A stretch of 32,000 nucleotides of DNA, taken from sequence record KY883654.1. One strand, written 5' to 3'. The notes beneath the pieces are model-generated. The model was not told the DNA's origin. It saw only the letters and a list, made by a program, of their open reading frames with translations, and ran no database searches. Position numbers and translations under genes: made by a program. The stretch comes from Vibrio phage JSF10. Shown here piece by piece: positions 1-8,673 of this stretch (positions are counted from its first letter, which is position 1; every line of letters starts with the position of its first letter).

Positions 1-2284
1 CTTGTAGACCTTCTGGAGACCCAGACGGTGCCACATCATACCTTAGGTTAGTAGGTGGTAGTACGTTTACAGGTAGTGTAGGGTTTTGACCTTCACTACC
101 GTCCGATTGAGGAGAATTTAGAAACGCATCTGGAGAGTACTCCCTAGCCACTACAGCTATACTACCATCCCTGCTCCACTTTAGCTCTTCTATCAAGAAC
201 TGCTTCTTGTCCCAATTGTACCTAGGTACTGTAAGTGTTATAAACTTGTTAGGTACTAAGTCAGCAAAGTAGAATGGTAGACTGAAACTAACCTCTTTTG
301 TCAACCTGGATTTTCTAAGCAGTCTCTCAGCCCTAGTCCTAGCGGTATAGTAGTTAGTGATAAACGGAAACGCAAAGTTGCCTTTGTTCTCTATATTACT
401 ATCCTCTTCTAAGTATTGAGAGTTGAAGAAGGTTACTGTATTCGTGTTCCAACCCATAGCAGGGTCGCTCAAGGATGCTTGAATCGCATTATACTTGTTA
501 GTGTTACTTATGTCTGTTATGCTAAAAGTCCCTGTTTTTATATCATCAATGTGTATGTCTGCTATAGAGGCAGACTTAGCTTCTACAGTGTAGACGTAGT
601 TGCCATTTATGACGTTGAGGGATGCATCAGCTTGGGATAGTATTGCTTGCAGGTTTTTGAAAATGTCTTTGCTGGCGTCTAGGAAGGCGCTACCCTGCAC
701 TATTTTTCTATTTGAATTTAGTGGAGCATCCCATCCTAAGTATCTCCAGTAAGGAACCCAACTAGACTGGTAGGAAGAGTCTATAGCATCCATTAAAACA
801 GCAGCATCATAGAAGGATTTAACAGGAACAAACTCACCAGGTACTCCAGCCCCAAAGGTAGGGTTAGTAAGGTAGTCTAATGTTTGCCAAGCAAAGTTTA
901 GACTAGTTTTGTTATCAGACACTACTGCTCCGCTAGCATTGTAGGTCTTAACTTTTCTACCTAGTAGCTCCGCCTCTATGCTTGGCAGATTCATCCTTTC
1001 AGCACCTAAGTCCATTCTAACTACAACATAGGCGGTATCAAGTAGCTTAAAATTGGAGTCCCAGTACTCTGAGCCCTGCCCTGACGTCCTCTGAATTACG
1101 AAGCCTGGCCCCGCGGCCCTATTTACTAGTACTGGACATGCTGTTTGATTGCTTTTACCATGGTATACCCAGAAGTCTATGATTCCAGCCCCATCATTGT
1201 AAGAGTACTGCTGGCCATGTATTGAAGGGGCTGTTCTGTCAGAAGAGGGTGCACCGTTGATAGGTGTTGCTACAGAGATCGTATCTCCTGCGAAACGTTT
1301 ATTACCTATACAGACCCTAGATTGGGAGTCCTCTGGGGACACACAGATTATAGGCTTATCATCTATATAAAAATCTAGGAACCCTTCAATCTCCCCCTCA
1401 CAGAATGCGTAAACTGCCCATACTTCATTACTGTCTTCGAAAGACGTATCAACAAATACAGGTATACCTCCAACGCGCTGTGCACCATACACTACAGGCA
1501 GGTATTTGGCAGTGAGGTTAATATCTAGGTCTAACTCCTTAGTTACGGTTTCCCAGACCTCTACTGTTTCGTAGTTCTTTCCACCCAGGAGACCTCTCAA
1601 ACCTCCAGCCCTTTTAGATTGGAGCTTATATCTCTTTTCCTGAGTTTGATACTGCGCTAGTACATTAACAGACTTATTAGCATGGAAGAAACCTTTGTCT
1701 GTCTTGTATTCTAGTTTCTTTGCTGAGTCAGAAGGAGCCATTTGCCCGCTAACAGACACCAGCCCTCTGTGAGAAGCATCATCTGTGATTCTGCCGTTAA
1801 CCCTTATCAAGCTACCAGCTAGAGAGGACGCTGTCCAAACTATGTCTGACTTACTAGTTGAGGTTAGAGACCGACTATCTCGGATAGTCATAGAAGTCAA
1901 TCTACCATTGAAGTAAATAATACCTCCGGTGGCAGTGACATATTCAACTTCATCGTTGTAGTTAAGAAATACTCTAGTAACTTTGACTATCTTACCTAAG
2001 TAGGCTGAGGACTGTAATGCCCTTGCTAACTCAACTGAGTCAGCTCCTGTTACTGTAATACTTAGCTCATAGTTGGTTAGTTCTTTAGTTTGCCTAATCT
2101 CACCTATGTTCTTTATTCTGCCAGAGGAGTAGGTAGCTCCGTTAAAACTAATATCTTTTCTATAATCCGTGTAGTATAGAAAAGAGTTACCATCTCCTGG
2201 CAGCTGTAGCTCAACTAAGTGAGCCATATTTATAGAGCTAGAGTTTTTTAGGAACTCTTTGCCAGAAGGTAATAACACTGTCAT
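1..2284 (-). CDS. Baseplate hub / tail tip protein, T5 pb3-like, partial (C-terminus beyond window edge)
   Basis: Not in the ORF track because it runs off the edge. Minus-strand ATG at 2284 overlaps the upstream TGA (ATGA); begins MTVLLPSGKEFLKNSSSINMAHLVELQLPGDGNSFLYYTDYRKDISFNG. The frame is still open at base 2. Position directly after the Dit gene matches T5. Confidence 0.7.
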   Translation of the reverse strand, partial: MTVLLPSGKEFLKNSSSINMAHLVELQLPGDGNSFLYYTDYRKDISFNGATYSSGRIKNIGEIRQTKELTNYELSITVTGADSVELARALQSSAYLGKIVKVTRVFLNYNDEVEYVTATGGIIYFNGRLTSMTIRDSRSLTSTSKSDIVWTASSLAGSLIRVNGRITDDASHRGLVSVSGQMAPSDSAKKLEYKTDKGFFHANKSVNVLAQYQTQEKRYKLQSKRAGGLRGLLGGKNYETVEVWETVTKELDLDINLTAKYLPVVYGAQRVGGIPVFVDTSFEDSNEVWAVYAFCEGEIEGFLDFYIDDKPIICVSPEDSQSRVCIGNKRFAGDTISVATPINGAPSSDRTAPSIHGQQYSYNDGAGIIDFWVYHGKSNQTACPVLVNRAAGPGFVIQRTSGQGSEYWDSNFKLLDTAYVVVRMDLGAERMNLPSIEAELLGRKVKTYNASGAVVSDNKTSLNFAWQTLDYLTNPTFGAGVPGEFVPVKSFYDAAVLMDAIDSSYQSSWVPYWRYLGWDAPLNSNRKIVQGSAFLDASKDIFKNLQAILSQADASLNVINGNYVYTVEAKSASIADIHIDDIKTGTFSITDISNTNKYNAIQASLSDPAMGWNTNTVTFFNSQYLEEDSNIENKGNFAFPFITNYYTARTRAERLLRKSRLTKEVSFSLPFYFADLVPNKFITLTVPRYNWDKKQFLIEELKWSRDGSIAVVAREYSPDAFLNSPQSDGSEGQNPTLPVNVLPPTNLRYDVAPSGSPEGLQ

Positions 2285-2901
2285 ACTGCCTCTCTAAGTG
2301 TGTAACTGACGTCTGTATACATACCATCTACATTTAGGTTTTCCTGAATGGATGTTCTGCCTACTAGCTTCATGTTAAATAATAGATTATTGAATACTGG
2401 TTTTTCAGTACCATTAGTAGTTATCAGCAAGTTTGGGTATAACTCCAGTCTTAACTGACTAGGGCTTACTCTCTCAAAATCAACTATTTTGTAAACCTTC
2501 TCATGCGTAGATAATTTAAATAAGTCACCTACATGAGGGTTCCCAGACAACCCGCTAGCATTATTTATGACTAGAGTATTACCTTTTTGACCAGCCGCTA
2601 TAGTAGTCAAAGACTCGTTACCGATAACATGCATGTTAAGGTATTGAGGAAGCGCTACTTGTATTACCCCATCTGTGTTCTTTGCTTTCATTATAGCAGA
2701 GGAGATAATCTTGTATTCGTCGGGGTATAGTGGTGGGTATGTAATCGTAAGACCCCAGTACTGGGTAGAGGTCTTCACCTCTAGTACCTTGCCGTTAGGT
2801 AATTCATCTTGTATTAATGGCTCATAGTCTGTAAGAGGAGCCGATAAAAATCCAGGAACCATACCGGGATGAGTGAAAGGGTCTGGAAGTCTAACTGCCA
2901 T
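2281..2901 (-). CDS. Distal tail protein (Dit), T5 pb9-like
   Basis: 206 aa; MAVRLPDPFTHPG..DELPNGKVLEVKTSTQYWG..PAYPDEY-type..AGQKG..GDLFKLSTHEKVYKI..TEKPVFN..LREAV corresponds along its length to T5 pb9 as remembered (the visible sequence has TYPPLYPDEY at the third motif). Confidence 0.88.
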   Translation of the reverse strand: MAVRLPDPFTHPGMVPGFLSAPLTDYEPLIQDELPNGKVLEVKTSTQYWGLTITYPPLYPDEYKIISSAIMKAKNTDGVIQVALPQYLNMHVIGNESLTTIAAGQKGNTLVINNASGLSGNPHVGDLFKLSTHEKVYKIVDFERVSPSQLRLELYPNLLITTNGTEKPVFNNLLFNMKLVGRTSIQENLNVDGMYTDVSYTLREAV

Positions 2902-2985
2902 GTATCCTCCTATTTATAAGGCTAAGCTGGAAACAAGCCGCTTAGCCCAGTCATTGGCCGTTGTCATATTCTATTTAATATATAA

Positions 2986-3014
2986 ATTATAGCAATATAT
3001 TTGTGTAGATGCAA
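2986..3014 (-). promoter_or_regulatory. Candidate sigma70 promoter for the Dit/hub genes with extended -10
   Basis: Minus strand TTGCAT-N17-TATAAT with TGC directly before TATAAT (TGCTATAAT), between the TMP terminator and the pb9-like gene. Confidence 0.55.
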
Positions 3015-3031
3015 CGGAAGTTTTTGGGTAT

Positions 3032-3055
3032 AAAAAGGGGAACCCTTTGGTTCCC
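3032..3055 (-). terminator. Rho-independent terminator after the tape measure gene
   Basis: Minus strand GGGAACC-AAAG-GGTTCCC-C-TTTTT; perfect 7-bp stem and U tract, immediately after the TMP stop. Confidence 0.8.
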
Positions 3056-3064
3056 TTAATTAAG

Positions 3065-6000
3065 TTAAGATAGTCTATCTAGGCTTTGCCCTCGACGTTT
3101 TGCCTCGTGGTTTACTGCTTCGTAGATTTCAGTTGCTCGGTCAATCACTGACTGCGCATCCAGTGCCTGTATAACCATCTGACCTATCATAGCAGTTGAA
3201 GACCTAGTAGCTGAGCTAGTGGAGTCTTCAGCTCTTTCAATATTAATCGGACTTAGTGGTGTAATCCTTTCTGGTCCGTTTTCCCCAACTATTAAACTAG
3301 AGTAAGGAGTGCCGGTACCTCCAGCTGCCCTAGGGGAGAAGGAGTTTGCAGAACCAACGCCTCTTTCTCCTCGAATGAATGCTAGCTCACCCATTGAAGC
3401 ATTCTTAGATACATCAATGTTATTCTCTCTATTGCCTACTGTAAGGGAGGCTTGACTTAGGCCAGCTTCATTTAACCCTGCAAGTTGGTTTGCAGAGGCT
3501 GAAGAGGCTTGAGCGTAAGCTAGGCCACCTGCTAGGGCAGCTGCCGCCATCAATGGTATAGCTGGTAGTGGCCAAGGGTTAGCAGCGGCGCTCATAACAG
3601 CTACGGCTGTAGAGATAAGAATCTGCTGTTGGGCAGCTTTCTTCTGCTCTCTTATCTTCTTCTCTTCAAGTGATTTGATTCTTGCCAGAGATTCCTTAGA
3701 TTTACCATCCCTCTTCTGCTCAGCCGCTATTTGAGCCTCAATAGAGGACACAGTTTGAGCACTAGTATAAGCTAACATACCTTGGAAAGCTTGTAGGCCT
3801 ACCCCCGTCATCTGCATAGCTGTCATACTTGTTTCACCAACTTGGTTAAATGATAGAGACAACTTGTTCAGGGAGTTGGTAAGTTGGTCTATTCCAGTAC
3901 CATAAGAGAATAGGTTACTTAGAGAAGACTCCATAATACCCATATACTCTTGTAGCCTAGCAGCATTAATATCATTTTGAATCTGCCTGATTCGTAGAGC
4001 AGACTGCTCTTGAGCCTCTTGGCTGCCCTCTATCCCTTTAAGTATCTCTAGCCGTTTCTTCTCTATTTCCAGCCTATCCTTAGTCAGTAGAAGAGAAGGT
4101 CCGATGGCCCTATTAATTTCCTGTTCTAGGAACATAGCATCCGCCATCTCATTAGCACGTTTAATGTCGATATCAAGCATCTGCATTCTAAGCTCAGCGG
4201 ACTTACCATACAGGCCCGCTAACTTGGCCTCCTCGATACCTAGTTCCCTAGAGGCCTCTAGCATTGCTTCGTTAGCTGCTAGCTCTCTTCCTATAGATAC
4301 TCTCTCAATGCCAAGGGCACTCATGCCGGAACCGCGTAATAGCTCCGCGTTAACTGAGTTAGTGCTACTAATAACATCCTGAAAAGACTTGGCGTCCTTG
4401 TACGCCTCTGCCAGTTCTCTAGCCTTATATAGTGCCTCCTCGGAGTTGAACTGCAATTTGACTAGCGCGGTATTAAGGTCTGCTAGAGGGTCTGAGGCTT
4501 TCAGCTCCTCATAGGCGGCCACCATCTCATTGATATTCTGGGCCAAGACTATGTGTGCCTCAGATTGCCCCTTAATTGAGGTTAGGGTTTTATCATAAGC
4601 ATCCACGGTACCACGAGTAACTGCAGTTAAGTTTGCCTGAGCAGTTACGGCTCTCTCTAGGTTAGGAACACCAAAGTCAGACTTAGCCATCATATCAAGA
4701 GTGTCTTGGATAGCTTTGTTCAACGCGTGTAATTGGTCTTTATACCTTGCTTCATCTCCTAGAATATTCCAAGACTTAGCTGGCCCCTCTGCAACTAGCT
4801 CATCCCTTTGTTTAGTTAGCTGCTCAAGTTCCTTGCTCATTTCAAGATATATGCCCATTCTGCCCGCGCGGTCAACCGCATCGGCGTAAGAGTCTAAAAG
4901 AGCTTTATTCCTTTCCAGAGTTCTTGAGGCTTTAGAGTTCTTCTCCTCAATAGTGTTAAAGAAGGTAGCGATACCCGCGGTAGCTTCTGAGATACTACGA
5001 AGAACTTTTTGGGATGCCGAAGTTACGTTAGCCCCGAACTTTTCCCAAGGAGCTCCATCCCTTAGCGCTTCATCAAGTATACCAAACTTTTCTATAGACT
5101 GTCGGTTAATCTCAGCAACTAAGGCTGCCCTTTGTTGGTAAGAGTTCAAACTCTGAGCAGATACTCCTATAGACCTGGCGTACTTCTCATATGCTAATTC
5201 CAGTTTTGTTGTAATACCTAACTCATCTAGAAGCTCGATTTCTAGCTTAGAGGTACCTTTTACTACCCTGTTCATAGCGTCTAGCATATCTACGCCCAAC
5301 GCTATAGAAGCCCTACGAGCTGCCATGGTCAGCTGCTCAATTTGCTCCGAGTTAAATCCATATGCTGATGCCGCTGCGGCTTGTCTCAAGGCATCCCCAT
5401 AGTTTAAGGTGTTACCTGTTAGCTCTTGCATATTTTGAGCTATGAATTGAACAGGCCTACCTACTTGGCTTCCCAGTATGGTGCCTACTCTCTCTAGCCT
5501 GTTTAACTGCTCACCTTCTGACAGCAACCTGAATGCCTCTGCCAGGGTGAAAGCGTTAGCTGCTATTTGTGCGTAAAGTACAGGTAGTGGGCCAGCTATT
5601 CTTGCTAACGACGAGAATGTTCTAGCGCCATTCCTACCCTGCCTATCCATATTAGCAAGACCCCTAGAAGCCCTCTCAGCTGCGGGGGCTACCGTCTCTA
5701 CTTTCTTGCTTGCCCTTTGGGCCTCAGTACCTACATCGTATAGCCCGTCCTGAATCCTCTCTAAGTCTACACCCAGACTTTCAGCTAGGAATGAGAACCC
5801 TTTTATTAGGTCATTATTGACCCTAGTAAGGGATTCATTCATTTCTACTGCTTCTATTGTTAGAGTCTCAAGTAACCCTTCTATATTACCTAAACTGTTT
5901 GCTATGCCTGAGCTATCAAAGCCCAGGTTAATACTACCAAGCCTTTTGGAGGCCTCAGTAGCAGTTACCGAAAGCTTGCTCAGATTTTTATCTATTAACC

Positions 6001-6139
6001 GAATTTGAGTATTAAACTCAAAGGCGTCGTTTTCTATTTGCTGTATAGTAGCAGATAGAGCTTCAAGGGACTTTTTAGCTTTCTCAGCCCCCTGAACGCT
6101 CACCTTAACTATTAGCCGTTCGATAAGTCTTTCGGCCAT
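3065..6139 (-). CDS. Tape measure protein, T5 pb2-like
   Basis: 1024 aa, long Ala/Leu/Glu-rich coiled-coil protein with a hydrophobic segment (TAVAVMSAAANPWPLPAIPLMAAAALAGGLAYAQAS), upstream of Dit. Confidence 0.85.
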   Translation of the reverse strand: MAERLIERLIVKVSVQGAEKAKKSLEALSATIQQIENDAFEFNTQIRLIDKNLSKLSVTATEASKRLGSINLGFDSSGIANSLGNIEGLLETLTIEAVEMNESLTRVNNDLIKGFSFLAESLGVDLERIQDGLYDVGTEAQRASKKVETVAPAAERASRGLANMDRQGRNGARTFSSLARIAGPLPVLYAQIAANAFTLAEAFRLLSEGEQLNRLERVGTILGSQVGRPVQFIAQNMQELTGNTLNYGDALRQAAAASAYGFNSEQIEQLTMAARRASIALGVDMLDAMNRVVKGTSKLEIELLDELGITTKLELAYEKYARSIGVSAQSLNSYQQRAALVAEINRQSIEKFGILDEALRDGAPWEKFGANVTSASQKVLRSISEATAGIATFFNTIEEKNSKASRTLERNKALLDSYADAVDRAGRMGIYLEMSKELEQLTKQRDELVAEGPAKSWNILGDEARYKDQLHALNKAIQDTLDMMAKSDFGVPNLERAVTAQANLTAVTRGTVDAYDKTLTSIKGQSEAHIVLAQNINEMVAAYEELKASDPLADLNTALVKLQFNSEEALYKARELAEAYKDAKSFQDVISSTNSVNAELLRGSGMSALGIERVSIGRELAANEAMLEASRELGIEEAKLAGLYGKSAELRMQMLDIDIKRANEMADAMFLEQEINRAIGPSLLLTKDRLEIEKKRLEILKGIEGSQEAQEQSALRIRQIQNDINAARLQEYMGIMESSLSNLFSYGTGIDQLTNSLNKLSLSFNQVGETSMTAMQMTGVGLQAFQGMLAYTSAQTVSSIEAQIAAEQKRDGKSKESLARIKSLEEKKIREQKKAAQQQILISTAVAVMSAAANPWPLPAIPLMAAAALAGGLAYAQASSASANQLAGLNEAGLSQASLTVGNRENNIDVSKNASMGELAFIRGERGVGSANSFSPRAAGGTGTPYSSLIVGENGPERITPLSPINIERAEDSTSSATRSSTAMIGQMVIQALDAQSVIDRATEIYEAVNHEAKRRGQSLDRLS

Positions 6140-6151
6140 CTATTCACCACC

Positions 6152-6907
6152 TTATGATAGTTTGATGTTTCTGATATAGCTTGGGTCAGCACCAACACCG
6201 ACAGTTAACTGGGTTACCATATTGGTCTTACCAGACCCAGCCTGCCTGTCTTTTTCAACGCCGTAAATGGAACCCCCATATGCCACACCTTGAGTGTGTA
6301 GAACAACCATACTTGCGTCAGACATTCCAGCAATAGGCACTAACTTAACACATCCCTCTTTTACTAGCTCTTTATGGGCTGCTGTCATAGAACCCAATAT
6401 AGCTACATAAGTTGGCCAAGACATTAGGGCTAGTAGCTGGCCGTCTACGGCTAGAACCTGGTAGCTCATAGACTCTAGGGCACTAAGGATAGTATCAAAA
6501 GCTTTAGCGGTGGACACGCCAGGATTTACAGGGAAGTTGGTTTCGTTTGATAGATAATCCGCAATATAGTTCTCGAATTTTATTGCAGCTTGAGATATTA
6601 GAAGACTATCTAATACTTGCTCGATATTAACCATAGTATCTTCATCAGTCTCGTCTGTAAGCTCTGCTACGGATGAAATTAGCTCTTTCACAATGTCAAT
6701 AGCCCCTACAGTGAAAGTTGTTGCAGTGTCATCGGGTACCTTGACAAAAGGTATATGCGTATACTTACCGGCTAGAGTAACTTTTCGAATGGTTTTTAAT
6801 GCCATGCTATTGTCGATAGTTGACTGTAGCAGTGCTTCAACTTTGTGAGTTGCCTCAGGGGCTACAGTAATAGACTTCTGATAGTCTTTAAAATTCTTGA
6901 TAGTCAT
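6152..6907 (-). CDS. Structural protein of unknown role in the tail module; C-terminal half resembles an HK97-fold capsid P-domain
   Basis: 251 aa ORF between chaperone-like ORFs and TMP; LLALMSWPTYVAILGSM..KLVPIAGMSDASMVVLHTQGVAYGGSIYGVEKD pattern. Confidence 0.6.
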   Translation of the reverse strand: MTIKNFKDYQKSITVAPEATHKVEALLQSTIDNSMALKTIRKVTLAGKYTHIPFVKVPDDTATTFTVGAIDIVKELISSVAELTDETDEDTMVNIEQVLDSLLISQAAIKFENYIADYLSNETNFPVNPGVSTAKAFDTILSALESMSYQVLAVDGQLLALMSWPTYVAILGSMTAAHKELVKEGCVKLVPIAGMSDASMVVLHTQGVAYGGSIYGVEKDRQAGSGKTNMVTQLTVGVGADPSYIRNIKLS

Positions 6908-6924
6908 TATGAGTTTTCTCCTAA

Positions 6925-6954
6925 TAAAAAAGCTCTGAGGGAGTACCTCAGAGC
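6925..6954 (-). terminator. Rho-independent terminator/attenuator between the 135-aa ORF and the 251-aa ORF
   Basis: Minus strand GCTCTGAGG-TACTC-CCTCAGAGC-TTTTTT. Confidence 0.8.
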
Positions 6955-6991
6955 AAACTCGTGGAAATGCCCTTGAGGACTCTGTAACTAC

Positions 6992-7399
6992 TTACTGACG
7001 AGAAGCCTTCTTAGCAGCGGCTTTGAATCGCTTAACTTCGCGCTCTACTGCCTTCTTGTCAATAAATTGTAGAATTTCCAAAATTAATTTTTGATCTTCC
7101 TTATCATAAATTTCATAGATAGAGAAGAGAGTGTCTAGGCTATTTATATCCTTACCAGAGTACAGAGGGCCTAGCTCGGTCGAGACCAATCTATCAGGCA
7201 ACCTATTATATAAGTTAACAGCAGTCTGTACAATATCTGGAAAGTCTTCAAGCTCTAGAGGCATGAGGTTTGGGTCAGGCTTTGTATTTTCCAAGGCACA
7301 TATCTTCAAGTAACGTGCCTTGGTAAATGAATTTTGCCTATCTAGTAGAGCCTCAAGACTCTTGAACAGGTGATTTTTCCCTTTTTGTACGAAACCCAC
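6992..7399 (-). CDS. Tail assembly chaperone, distal (T-like) segment; GTG start or frameshift product
   Basis: 135 aa, overlaps the upstream ORF by 47 nt in the +1/-2 frame; poor Shine-Dalgarno before the GTG at 7399. Confidence 0.5.
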   Translation of the reverse strand: MGFVQKGKNHLFKSLEALLDRQNSFTKARYLKICALENTKPDPNLMPLELEDFPDIVQTAVNLYNRLPDRLVSTELGPLYSGKDINSLDTLFSIYEIYDKEDQKLILEILQFIDKKAVEREVKRFKAAAKKASRQ

Positions 7400-7787
7400 C
7401 TATCTTAATTAGGTTCGCCCCCACCCAGGCGTCAAAGTGCTTAGAATACTTTATTAAGGTTACAGCATTCTCTGGTGAGTACGGAACTTCTTCGAACATG
7501 TCCTCAATACCTGAATCATCAATAACCATCAAGTTAGATAAAATCTCATAAGTTAGGCCAGACCAGCCGGTTACTACCTTGGAAGCTAGCAACCCTGAGA
7601 ACTTCTCTTGGTCGAACTCTTGGTAAGGTAAGTCTGATTTTTCATCTACCTTAACTACCATAGCTTCTTGGCGAAGCTTAGCTTCTTCAGGCTTTGATAT
7701 GTAGGTAAGTTTTACCTTAAAGCTATCAAACATAGGGAATGCGAACTCCACTTCTTTTGTTTTTAGAGCAATATCACTCAATTTCAT
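7353..7787 (-). CDS. Tail assembly chaperone (G-like)
   Basis: 144 aa acidic small protein upstream of TMP, with an overlapping downstream ORF. Confidence 0.55.
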   Translation of the reverse strand: MKLSDIALKTKEVEFAFPMFDSFKVKLTYISKPEEAKLRQEAMVVKVDEKSDLPYQEFDQEKFSGLLASKVVTGWSGLTYEILSNLMVIDDSGIEDMFEEVPYSPENAVTLIKYSKHFDAWVGANLIKIGGFRTKREKSPVQES

Positions 7788-8668
7788 ATAGTAATTCCTC
7801 CGAAATCTACTATTACGTTTTTAGACATTTCCATTAAAGTTATATCCAGTGCCTCAACAAATACATCGTCAGGCTCTAGTCGTTTTAATACATGGACTGA
7901 GTCCATTTTAATTGTAACACCACTGTGGTGTGTATGCAAGTCAACTATTATAGGTTTATTACTAGGTATTACTAGTGACTTAGTTGCATAGAGGTTGATA
8001 GTACCAGTCATAGACATGTCAGATACTACCGCCCTAGAGGGGGTGTAAATCCTACCAATATCATGTATACCTCTGTCCTGTCTCCAGCCCACTGAACTTT
8101 TAGTATTAAAGGATGCGGAGGTTACATGGTTAGCTAGTGTAGAGTTTATAGATATTTGTATAGGGCTAGGAGATAGGGGTGCTGCTTGTCGGTGCGTGAT
8201 GCCTATGCCCTCTACCTTTACCCCCTCATCAATACTAGATGCTGTGAAGCTAACTGATAGTGATTTAGGTGAGGACTTAGCCATAGGTAGGTCTATAGAC
8301 TCTATAAACGCTGTGCGTACAACTACATTTTTGTTAGGATTTAGTATATAAATAGTACAAGGCTCTACAATAGGCACGGAGTCAGGGTATTCATATACAT
8401 TATTGCCTAGCTTGTTCCATCCAGCAATCTCGAAAAAGACCGACTCTATATATGAGTCCGTTATTAGTACTTCCATACTAAAGTTAGCCGTATTCTTAGC
8501 ACCAGATATAGTAACAGGCTTGGCTGAATTATTATGTAGTGTCCTTCTAGGATTGGACGTTTTCGAGAATGTTTGAGAGAAGTCAAAAGATGGTAGGGCA
8601 TCAAATAGATACCCTACACCTTTATATACTACTAAAATCTCACACTCTCGTTTTAGAGTGTAAGTCAT
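7784..8668 (-). CDS. Tail tube/baseplate tube-like protein
   Basis: 294 aa beta-rich protein immediately downstream of the major tail tube gene; position suggests a T5 p140-like baseplate tube protein. Confidence 0.45.
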   Translation of the reverse strand: MTYTLKRECEILVVYKGVGYLFDALPSFDFSQTFSKTSNPRRTLHNNSAKPVTISGAKNTANFSMEVLITDSYIESVFFEIAGWNKLGNNVYEYPDSVPIVEPCTIYILNPNKNVVVRTAFIESIDLPMAKSSPKSLSVSFTASSIDEGVKVEGIGITHRQAAPLSPSPIQISINSTLANHVTSASFNTKSSVGWRQDRGIHDIGRIYTPSRAVVSDMSMTGTINLYATKSLVIPSNKPIIVDLHTHHSGVTIKMDSVHVLKRLEPDDVFVEALDITLMEMSKNVIVDFGGITI

Positions 8669-8673
8669 AGTTT

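Noticed and set aside
416-640. Plus-strand 74-aa ORF in the track
   Set aside because: Antisense to the hub protein frame, which stays open to the window edge; no support for translation.
4104-6008. Several plus-strand ORFs of 62-92 aa opposite the tape measure gene
   Set aside because: All antisense to a strong coding frame and rich in Ser/Leu from the complement of repetitive coding sequence.
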